Notes under the pieces: generated by a model
What the model was told of the DNA's origin: nothing
Database searches by the model: none
What the model saw: only the letters and a program-made list of their open reading frames with translations
Assembly (NCBI GenBank): GCA_003223395.1
Contig: QHUZ01000034.1
Location: 78,930-142,929 of the forward strand
DNA from: Gemmatimonadota bacterium
GTDB lineage: Bacteria; Gemmatimonadota; Gemmatimonadetes; Gemmatimonadales; GWC2-71-9
Direction of reading: 5' to 3'
DNA length: 64,000 nt
Part shown: positions 7,507-17,294 of the stretch, piece by piece
Layout of the letters: every line of letters begins with the position of its first letter
Numbering within the stretch: position 1 is the first letter of the stretch
Made by a program: the position numbers and the translations under genes

Positions 7507-10500
7507 ATGGGAGCCCTCCGCGTCCGCGGGTTGATTCGCGGCGCCATTGTCGTCCTCATCGCTGCCGCGCCCCTGGTCTGGTACGCGTGCTCGGACGGCG
7601 CACCAGATTCTCCTGCCGGTCCGTCGTCCGTCAGCCGCCTAATACCGGATCTCAGCGCCGCCGTCACCGCGCAACGCCATCACACGGATGCGTTGCTCGC
7701 AATTCCCGGCGTCGTCGGCACCGCGGTCATGGTGCAGCCGGACGGACGCCCCGGTCTCGTACTCCTCCTGGAGCGCGCCGGTATCCCCGGTCTTCCGGCA
7801 ATGCTCGAGGGGATTCCCGTGTCCCAGCGGGTGACAGGCCGGCTGATGGCCTTGAGCGATCCCACGAGGCGCCAGCGTCCGGCCCCGATGGGTTTCTCGG
7901 TCGGCCATCCCGCGATCACGGCCGGGACGATCGGCGCCCGGGTGCGTGACGCCCTGGGACACGTGTACATCCTCTCGAACAATCACGTGCTCGCGAACTC
8001 GAATGGCGCGAGCATCGGCGATCCGGAATACCAGCCGGGTCCGTTCGATGGGGGCACGGCCGCCGACCAGATCGCGACGCTGAGTGACTTTCAGGTCATT
8101 TCGTTCGCCGCCAACGGCACCAACACGATCGATGCCGCGATCGCTCTCTCCACGACCGCCGTGCTGGACAACGCGACGCCTGCCGACGACGGCTACAGCA
8201 TGCCGAACTCGACGATCTTCGGCGACGCGAACGGCGACGGCCTGTTCGACGACCGCAACGCCCTGCTCGGCCTCAACGTGCAGAAGTACGGCCGCACCAC
8301 GAAGCTGACGCACGGCCAGATCACGGGTATCAACGCGACGGTCACGATCTGCTATGCTGTTTCGGGATTTACCTGCACGAAGACCGCCCGCTACGTGGAT
8401 CAGTTGCTCATCACGCCGGGCGGGTTCAGCAACGGCGGTGATTCCGGCTCGCTCATCGTCACCGACGACGCGAATCTCAATCCCGTGGCGTTGCTGTTCG
8501 CCGGCAACGCGAACGTCACGATCGCCAACCGGATCGATCTCGTGCTGCAACGCTTCGGCGTCGTGATCGATGGCTTTGCGCCCCCGCCGCCCGGTCCCCT
8601 GACCGACCTGGCCGTGACGAGCGTGAGTGGACCGAGCTCGGCGGTGCAGGGCAGTACGTCCAGCGTCACGGTGTCCGTGAAGAACGTCGGCAACCAGGAC
8701 GTCTCGACGTTCGACGTCACATTGCAGGACACCACCGAGCACGTGACGGTGGGCACGCAGAGCGTCGCCGGTCTGGCCGCGGGCGCCAGCACGACGCTGA
8801 CATTCGCCTGGACGCCGAGTACCACGGGCGATCACGACCTCGTGGCGCGTCAAATGCTGTCCGACGACAGGGGAACGAACGACCAGCGCCTGGTGACGTT
8901 CACGGTCAATCCCCCGGTGACCGACGTCGCAGTCACCGGCTTCACCGGGCCCGGCTCGGTGATCGTGGGCCACAGCGTCAACGTGGGTGTGACCGTGGCG
9001 AACGTCGGCAATCAGAACGTCAACGGGGACATCACCGTCAGCCTGCAGGATTCGACGGCTGGCGTCCCGGTCGGCACGCAAACGATCCACGGGCTCGGCG
9101 CGGGCGCGACCACGACGCTCGTCTTCAGCTGGAACACGACCGGCGCGGCGCTGGGCGGTCATACACTGGTCGCGACGGATGGCCTCGCGGACGACAACGC
9201 CGGCAATAACCGTCGTACCACGGTTATTACCGTCACGCCCAAGCCGCTCGATATCGCCGTCACGGGGATCGCGGGGCCCCGTTCCGTCGCCCAGGGCGAC
9301 ACGGCGCACGTGATCGTGACGCTCCAGAACGTGGGTGAGGTGGATGTCACCACGCCATTCAACGTCGAATTGAGCGACGGGTGGGCGGTCCCCGTAGTCG
9401 CGACCGGGACGGTTCCCAGTCTCGCCGCTGGGGCGACCACCACGCTCGATATCCCTTGGAACACGGCAGGCGCGACGGTCACGGGGCATATCCTCTTTGC
9501 AAACTCCAAGCTCCCGGACGACAACTCGTCGAATAACTCGGCCGGGATCGCGATCAACGTGACGGCCCCGGGGCCACCGGGCCCGCCGCCCCCTCCGCCG
9601 CCCCCACCACCGGGCACGGACGTGGCCATCACGGGCATCACCGCCCCGGCGCGCGTGAAGCAGGGCGACACGGCGCACGTCGTGGTTACCGTGAAGAACG
9701 TGGGTGGGCAGGACGTCACCGGCAACTTCGACGTCGTGTTGGCCGACGGATTCAACGGCCCCATCGTCGCCACGCAGACAATCACCGGGCTCGCCGTGGG
9801 CGTGAGCGTGACGCGTACACTCGACTGGAACACGGCCGGTGCGGAGATCACCGGGCACACCCTGTTTGCGACCCAGAAGCTGGCTGATAGCGATCCGTCA
9901 AATAACACCGCCGGCATCGCGGTCATCGTCGAGGCTCCGCCCGTGACGGACGTCGCCGTCAGCAGCGTCGTCGCGCCGGCCGCCGTGACCCAAGGAAGTA
10001 CGGCAACGATCGGGGTGACGGTGCAGAACGTGGGCGGCTTGAATGTGAGCAGCACCTTTGATGTGACCCTGACCGACTCGACCACCGGCGTGACGCTTGG
10101 TACACAGACAGTGGCGGGACTCGCGGTGGGCACGAGTGCGACGCGCTCGTTCAGCTGGAATACCACGGGCGCGGCGCTGGGTGGTCACCGACTCGTCGCG
10201 ACCCATAGCCTGAGCGACGCCAACGCCGTCAATAACCAGGGCGGAGCGACTGTCACCGTGAACGCGCCGGTAATGGATGTCGCAGTGACCGACGTCAGTG
10301 CGCCGAGCGCGGTGATTCAGGGCAGTGTGGCCACGGTCAGCGTCACCGTGCAGAACGTCGGCGGCCAGAATGTCGCGAGCAGCTTCAACGTCGTGCTCAC
10401 CGACGCCACGGCTGGCGGGACGATCGGCACTCAGACTGTCACGGGGTTGGCTGTTGGGGCGAGCGCGACGCGCTCGTTCACCTGGAGCACCACGGGCGCG

Positions 10501-11256
10501 ACGCTCGGCGGTCACACGCTCGTGGCGTCTCAGACCTTCAGCGATGACAACAGTGCCAACAATCAGCGGTCTGCCTCGGTTACGGTGAATCCGCAACCGG
10601 TTGATCTCGCGCTGACCGCCATAACCGGGCCTGCCCAGGTGACTCAGGGCGACACGGCGCCCGTCGTGGTCACGGTGCAAAACGTCGGCGGAGTGGACGT
10701 GACCACCAGCTTCGACGTGGTGCTGACCGACGGGACAGCGGGCGGCATCACCGTTGGCACGCAGACGATCTCCGGGCTCGCGGCAGGTGCGAGCGCGACG
10801 CGGACCATCAATTGGAACACCGCCGGCGCCGCCACCAACGGGCACATCCTGATAGCGACGCAGAAGCTGGCCGACATCAACACGAGCAACGATGCTGGCG
10901 CGATCGCCATCACCGTCAACCCGCCGAACCTGCATGTGGGGAATCTCGATGGCGTCGCGACCAGCAACGGCAATAACTGGACGGCCACGGTACAGATCAC
11001 CGTACACAATTCCCGGCACAACCTGGTCAGTGGCGCGAGCGTGCGCGGCCTGTGGAACGGCGCCAATCCTGAGGTCGGGTGTGTCTCCGGACCGGCGGGA
11101 ACCTGCAACGTCGTGCTGTCGAACCTCCCGAATTCGACCAAGATGGTCTCGTTCGCCGTAACCGCGATGACCCTGTCGGGGTACGTTTACAAGGCAGCTC
11201 TCAATCATGATCCGGATGGCAGCAGCAACGGGTTCTCGGTTACGGTGAAGCGGTAG
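7507..11256 (+). CDS. secreted trypsin-fold (S1) serine protease with pro-region, seven CARDB-like repeats and a C-terminal beta domain
   Basis: 1249 aa with an N-terminal signal/TM segment. The catalytic residues appear in H-D-S order: SNNHVLAN, TIDAAIA, NGGDSGSLIV. About 110-aa repeats span aa ~365-1140. A poly-Pro linker PGPPGPPPPPPPPPPG is present. Confidence 0.85.
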   Translation: MGALRVRGLIRGAIVVLIAAAPLVWYACSDGAPDSPAGPSSVSRLIPDLSAAVTAQRHHTDALLAIPGVVGTAVMVQPDGRPGLVLLLERAGIPGLPAMLEGIPVSQRVTGRLMALSDPTRRQRPAPMGFSVGHPAITAGTIGARVRDALGHVYILSNNHVLANSNGASIGDPEYQPGPFDGGTAADQIATLSDFQVISFAANGTNTIDAAIALSTTAVLDNATPADDGYSMPNSTIFGDANGDGLFDDRNALLGLNVQKYGRTTKLTHGQITGINATVTICYAVSGFTCTKTARYVDQLLITPGGFSNGGDSGSLIVTDDANLNPVALLFAGNANVTIANRIDLVLQRFGVVIDGFAPPPPGPLTDLAVTSVSGPSSAVQGSTSSVTVSVKNVGNQDVSTFDVTLQDTTEHVTVGTQSVAGLAAGASTTLTFAWTPSTTGDHDLVARQMLSDDRGTNDQRLVTFTVNPPVTDVAVTGFTGPGSVIVGHSVNVGVTVANVGNQNVNGDITVSLQDSTAGVPVGTQTIHGLGAGATTTLVFSWNTTGAALGGHTLVATDGLADDNAGNNRRTTVITVTPKPLDIAVTGIAGPRSVAQGDTAHVIVTLQNVGEVDVTTPFNVELSDGWAVPVVATGTVPSLAAGATTTLDIPWNTAGATVTGHILFANSKLPDDNSSNNSAGIAINVTAPGPPGPPPPPPPPPPGTDVAITGITAPARVKQGDTAHVVVTVKNVGGQDVTGNFDVVLADGFNGPIVATQTITGLAVGVSVTRTLDWNTAGAEITGHTLFATQKLADSDPSNNTAGIAVIVEAPPVTDVAVSSVVAPAAVTQGSTATIGVTVQNVGGLNVSSTFDVTLTDSTTGVTLGTQTVAGLAVGTSATRSFSWNTTGAALGGHRLVATHSLSDANAVNNQGGATVTVNAPVMDVAVTDVSAPSAVIQGSVATVSVTVQNVGGQNVASSFNVVLTDATAGGTIGTQTVTGLAVGASATRSFTWSTTGATLGGHTLVASQTFSDDNSANNQRSASVTVNPQPVDLALTAITGPAQVTQGDTAPVVVTVQNVGGVDVTTSFDVVLTDGTAGGITVGTQTISGLAAGASATRTINWNTAGAATNGHILIATQKLADINTSNDAGAIAITVNPPNLHVGNLDGVATSNGNNWTATVQITVHNSRHNLVSGASVRGLWNGANPEVGCVSGPAGTCNVVLSNLPNSTKMVSFAVTAMTLSGYVYKAALNHDPDGSSNGFSVTVKR
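8599..10926 (+). repeat. seven tandem ~330-bp coding repeats (CARDB-like Ig-fold modules) inside the protease gene
   Basis: Each unit starts D(V/I/L)A(V/I/L)T and contains V.V.N.G, G.Q....L..G....(F/L).W(N/T)T.G...G.H.L and D.N..NN. There are two sequence subtypes arranged A-A-B-(polyPro)-B-A-A-B. Confidence 0.85.
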
Positions 11257-11259
11257 CGC

Positions 11260-11568
11260 ATGGCCGCGCGACTGCTGCTACTGGTCCTGCTGGCCGGAGG
11301 GATGGTGGCATGTTCTTCCGGCGCACCCCGCAGTGGAGGGGGAGCCACTGTGACGGCACGAAGCATCGATGAGGTTCTCGCCGCGCATACTGACTCGCTC
11401 ATGGCGCTGCCGGGCGTGGTGGGAACCGCCATCGGCCTATGCGAGGGTGAGCGGTGTATCAAGGTGTTGGTCGCTGACTCCAATCCCGCAACGAGAAGGA
11501 GAATTCCCGATCGCCTGGAGGGGTACCGCGTCCTCGTCGAGGTGACCGGAACGATCACACCGCGTTAA
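11260..11568 (+). CDS. small lipoprotein homologous to the protease pro-region
   Basis: 102 aa with lipobox LLAGGMVAC. HTDSLMALPGVVGTAIG...LEGYRVLVEVTG aligns with HTDALLAIPGVVGTAVM...LEGIPVSQRVTG of the upstream protease. Confidence 0.7.
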   Translation: MAARLLLLVLLAGGMVACSSGAPRSGGGATVTARSIDEVLAAHTDSLMALPGVVGTAIGLCEGERCIKVLVADSNPATRRRIPDRLEGYRVLVEVTGTITPR

Positions 11569-11569
11569 G

Positions 11570-11659
11570 ATGGCCACGCAAGCAGATGTCCGCCGCATCG
11601 CGCTTTCGCTGCCCGACACCGTGGAGGCGCCCAAGCCGCTGGCGAAAGGTTCGAGATGA
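11570..11659 (+). pseudogene. 29-codon remnant resembling the N-terminus of an MmcQ/YjbR-like protein
   Basis: MATQADVRRIALSLPDTVEAPKPLAKGSR then a stop. The stop overlaps the next gene's ATG (ATGA). Recognition comes from memory of the VRxLALSLPxVEE N-terminal pattern only. Confidence 0.3.
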
Positions 11660-12024
11660 CTGCCCTAGGCTTACGCACGGTGATCTACCACGTTCCCGAT
11701 CTCAAACGCGCGAAGGCGTGGTATAGCGCTGCCTTCGGCGTGAAGCCGTACTTCGATGAGCCGTTCTACGTCGGCTTCACCATCGGTGGTTATGAGCTCG
11801 GCCTGGATCCGGACGTGAAGGGCGTCAGGCCGGGAGCGGGCGGCTCGGTTGCATACTGGGGCGTCGCAAATGTAGAAAGAGCGGTCGAGCACTTCATTCG
11901 CGAAGGCGCAACCCTCAAGTCTCCCATTCAAGATGTGGGGGAGGGGATTCGGGTGGCGACCGTTGCCGATCCATTCGGGAACCTGGTGGGGCTCATCGAG
12001 AATCCCCACTTCGCGGCGGCCTGA
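11656..12024 (+). CDS. VOC (glyoxalase/bleomycin-resistance) family protein
   Basis: 122 aa. LRTVIYHVPDLKRAKAWYSAAFG...PFGNLVGLIE is the typical VOC beta-alpha-beta-beta-beta pattern. Confidence 0.8.
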   Translation: MTALGLRTVIYHVPDLKRAKAWYSAAFGVKPYFDEPFYVGFTIGGYELGLDPDVKGVRPGAGGSVAYWGVANVERAVEHFIREGATLKSPIQDVGEGIRVATVADPFGNLVGLIENPHFAAA

Positions 12025-12239
12025 TGACCAAGATCGATCTTCCCGACCTGTACACCAAGAAGGACGTCGATCGCGCCCGCACGAAGGGCGAGGTGATCGG
12101 CTGGATCAAGGGCGGCGTCGCGGGTGTCGCCGGCGTGTTGCTGCTCGGCGTCATTGGCTGGCTTCCGACCATCGCCGTGATGGGTGTCGGCGGGTTCGTG
12201 CTCTACAAGCTGCTCTCGGGTCCGTCTAAGGACGCGTAG
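12024..12239 (+). CDS. small membrane protein, unknown function
   Basis: 71 aa with two hydrophobic Gly-rich segments (GGVAGVAGVLLLGVIGWLPTIAVMGVGGFVLY). TGATG junction with the upstream gene. Confidence 0.55.
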   Translation: MTKIDLPDLYTKKDVDRARTKGEVIGWIKGGVAGVAGVLLLGVIGWLPTIAVMGVGGFVLYKLLSGPSKDA

Positions 12240-12260
12240 GGTCCAGACCTACCGTCATTT

Positions 12261-12986
12261 GTGCCGGAGATTAGCTTCCCCCCGGCAATGAATGTCATTC
12301 CCCAGCGGGTCAAAGACGGTTTTGTGGCCTTGATCGGACCGCTCGGGCGTGCCCTGATACGGGCCGGCGTGGATCCGAATACGATTACCACCGTGGGGAC
12401 CCTGGTGGTGGTCGGCTCCGGCGTGGCGTTTGGCACCGGCGCCATCCGGCTCGGCGGATTGCTGCTGCTGATCAGCGGGATATGCGACCTGCTCGACGGG
12501 CAGGTGGCGCGCCAGGGCGGCAAGATGACGACGTTCGGCGCGTTTTACGATTCGACGCTCGACCGGGTCGGCGAGGGGGCGGTTTTTGCGGGGCTGATCT
12601 TCTATTTTTTGACTGGCCCGGTGCCGGCCGACCTGAAGCCGCGCGCCATCGCGGCCGGGCTGGTCGCGCTCGTCGCATCATTCTTGGTGTCGTACACGCG
12701 GGCGCGGGCCGAAGCGCTCGGCGTCGAAAACAAGGTCGGCATTGCCCCGCGCGCCGAACGCATTGTGTTCCTCGGAGTGCCTGCGCTGGTATTGGGCGCG
12801 GGGCCGGGGCGCCCCGGTGTCGTGCTGTTCTGGATTGTGGCGGTGCTCGCGCTCGTCTCCGCGATCACAGTAATCCAACGGGTGGTGCACGTCGCGCGCG
12901 TGGCGCGCGGCGCCCCGCCGCCGTCGCCGATTTCCAAACGTGAGACGTTGCCTGGAGTCGCGGCGGCACGCCGCAGAGGACATTGA
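12261..12986 (+). CDS. CDP-alcohol phosphatidyltransferase (phosphatidylinositol-phosphate synthase-like by context)
   Basis: Carries the signature DGQVARQGGKMTTFGAFYDSTLDRVGE, i.e. D-G-x2-A-R-x8-G-x3-D-x3-D. Multi-TM. The start could instead be ATG 12288 (MNVIPQR...). Confidence 0.85.
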   Translation: MPEISFPPAMNVIPQRVKDGFVALIGPLGRALIRAGVDPNTITTVGTLVVVGSGVAFGTGAIRLGGLLLLISGICDLLDGQVARQGGKMTTFGAFYDSTLDRVGEGAVFAGLIFYFLTGPVPADLKPRAIAAGLVALVASFLVSYTRARAEALGVENKVGIAPRAERIVFLGVPALVLGAGPGRPGVVLFWIVAVLALVSAITVIQRVVHVARVARGAPPPSPISKRETLPGVAAARRRGH

Positions 12987-14341
12987 TGGCTCGGGAGCAA
13001 GCGGCGGTGTTGACCGGAGGCGCACGCGAGATCGCGCCCGCGACAGGAAAACTGGGCGTGATGCTGGTCGGCCTCGGCGCCGTGTCCACCACATTCATTG
13101 CCGGCGTCGAAAACGTGCGGCGCGGTCGCGCTCTGCCGATCGGCTCGCTCAGCCAGATGGCGACTATCCGACTCGGCAAGCGCACCGAGAAGCGGGCCCC
13201 GAAGATCAAAGAGTTCGTGCCGCTCGCGGACCTCAAGGACCTCGTATTTGCGGCGTGGGACCCGATTCCGGACGATGCCTTCACGGCCGCCGTGAAGGCC
13301 GGCGTGCTCGACCGGCACGAGCACCTCGAGCCGATCAAGGACTTCCTCCAGGGCATCAAGCCCATGCCCGCCGCCTTCGACCAGTACTACGTCAAGCGGC
13401 TGCAGGGGACGAACGTCAAGCGCGGCAAGAACAAGCGGGAGCTCGCCGAGCAGCTGCGCGAGGACATGCGGAACTTCAAGCAGAGCGCGAAACTCGATCG
13501 CCTCGTCGTGGTGTGGTGTGCATCGACCGAGGTGTTCCTCACGCCCGGGCCCGCGCACCAGTCGTTGGGCGCGTTCGAGAAGGCGATGGAGCAGAACGAC
13601 CAGTCGATCGCGCCGTCTATGCTCTACGCGTATGCCGCGTTGATGGAGAATGTGCCATTCGCCAACGGCGCGCCCAATCTGACCGTCGACCTGCCGGTGA
13701 TGGAGCGGCTGGCGGAGGAGCGGCACGTCCCGATCGGCGGCAAGGACTTCAAGACCGGCCAGACGATGATGAAGAGCGTCCTCGCGCCGGCGTTCAAGGC
13801 GCGGATGCTCGGATTGTCGGGATGGTACTCTACCAACATCCTCGGCAATCGGGACGGCGAGGTGCTGGACGATCCGGAGTCGTTCAAGACCAAAGAGGAG
13901 TCGAAGCTCGGCTTGCTCGAGCACATCCTTCAGCCCGACCTGTATCCCGAGCTGTACGGCAAGGTCTATCACAAGGTCCGGATCAACTACTACCCACCCC
14001 GCGGTGATAATAAGGAAGGGTGGGACAACATCGACATCTTCGGATGGCTCGGCTATCCGATGCAGATCAAAGTCGATTTCCTGTGTCGCGATTCCATCCT
14101 CGCGGCGCCGATCGTGCTCGATCTCGCGCTGTTCTTCGATCTCGCCGGCCGCGCCGGACTGTCGGGGATTCAGGAATGGCTGTCCTTCTACTTTAAGAGC
14201 CCGCAGTTTGCGCAGGGCCTGTACGCCGAGCACGACCTCTTCATCCAGCAGACGAAGCTCAAGAACACGCTGCGCTGGCTGATGGGCGAGGAGCAGATCA
14301 CGCACCTCGGCATCGAGTACTACGAATACGCGGAGAAGTAA
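12986..14341 (+). CDS. ino1: myo-inositol-1-phosphate (inositol-3-phosphate) synthase
   Basis: 451 aa. Has the N-terminal Rossmann segment KLGVMLVGLGAVSTTFIAG. Length and overall pattern match bacterial/archaeal MIPS. ATG 12986 overlaps the preceding stop (TGATG); TTG 12983 is an alternative start. Confidence 0.8.
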   Translation: MAREQAAVLTGGAREIAPATGKLGVMLVGLGAVSTTFIAGVENVRRGRALPIGSLSQMATIRLGKRTEKRAPKIKEFVPLADLKDLVFAAWDPIPDDAFTAAVKAGVLDRHEHLEPIKDFLQGIKPMPAAFDQYYVKRLQGTNVKRGKNKRELAEQLREDMRNFKQSAKLDRLVVVWCASTEVFLTPGPAHQSLGAFEKAMEQNDQSIAPSMLYAYAALMENVPFANGAPNLTVDLPVMERLAEERHVPIGGKDFKTGQTMMKSVLAPAFKARMLGLSGWYSTNILGNRDGEVLDDPESFKTKEESKLGLLEHILQPDLYPELYGKVYHKVRINYYPPRGDNKEGWDNIDIFGWLGYPMQIKVDFLCRDSILAAPIVLDLALFFDLAGRAGLSGIQEWLSFYFKSPQFAQGLYAEHDLFIQQTKLKNTLRWLMGEEQITHLGIEYYEYAEK

Positions 14342-14395
14342 GAACTCCCGCTTCCCCCCCCTTCACGACCAGCAACACCCAGGAGATCGTTGCGC

Positions 14396-16846
<2,451 letters not shown>

Positions 16847-16856
16847 CGAGGGATCC

Positions 16857-17294
16857 GTGACGTCCACCCAGATCGCCGTCACGGCGCTCGGCGCCGTCGC
16901 CATCGTCTGGGTGCTGTGGTACTTCCTCTTCTCGCGCGGCACGGCCGTCGCTGCGACGGCGGGCGCGGGCGGGGTGCAGGAAGTGCACGTCACCGTGAAG
17001 GGCGGCTATACACCCGACACGATCGTCGTCCAGGCTGGAACGCCGGTGCGCCTGCAGTTCTACCGCGACGAGACCGCCGATTGCTCCGAGCGCGTCGTGC
17101 TCGAGCGCTTCGGCATCGATCAGCAGCTGCCCGCATTCCAAACGACCACCGTCGAATTCACCCCGGAACAGCCGGGGGAGTATCCGTTTCGCTGTGGCAT
17201 GAACATGCTGAAGGGGCTGCTCGTCGTCGAACCGCCCGGTGAGCGCCGCGCCGCATCATCGCCGCACAAATTCCACGATGCCCGCCGTGAGTAA
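16857..17294 (+). CDS. membrane-anchored cupredoxin-like domain protein
   Basis: GTG start after GAGGGA. One TM segment, then [28 protein letters not shown]...[17 protein letters not shown]. This is a pattern I associate with small cupredoxin-fold proteins encoded next to copA. Confidence 0.65.
   Translation: MTSTQIAVTALGAVAIVWVLWYFLFSRGTAVAATAGAGGVQEVHVTVKGGYTPDTIVVQAGTPVRLQFYRDETADCSERVVLERFGIDQQLPAFQTTTVEFTPEQPGEYPFRCGMNMLKGLLVVEPPGERRAASSPHKFHDARRE

Noticed and set aside
9568-9615. A C-rich tract considered as a homopolymeric phase-variation site.
   Set aside because: It is a mix of CCG/CCC/CCT/CCA/GGC codons encoding a Pro/Gly linker, not a mononucleotide run, and it stays in frame.
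8599-10926. Regularly spaced repeated DNA that could be mistaken for a CRISPR-like or satellite array.
   Set aside because: The units are about 330 bp, diverged, in frame, and encode Ig-like protein modules within one long ORF. There is no short repeat/spacer architecture.
12602-14305. A 567-aa ORF antisense to the inositol-phosphate synthase gene. Similar long antisense or alternate-frame ORFs occur at 7639-9858(-), 14518-16860(+), 21346-22926(-), 35769-37307(-), 59789-61669(-), 61375-63234(+) and 61679-63154(-).
   Set aside because: Each lies entirely within a gene that has clear family motifs on the other strand or frame. Their translations are Arg/Ala/Pro/Gly-rich low-complexity strings with no motifs. 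Long stop-free shadow frames are expected in GC-rich DNA.
17239-17277. Upstream GTG 17239 as the copA start.
   Set aside because: It adds 13 non-conserved residues and a longer overlap with the cupredoxin-like gene. ATG 17278 places the HMA domain at the usual distance from the N-terminus.
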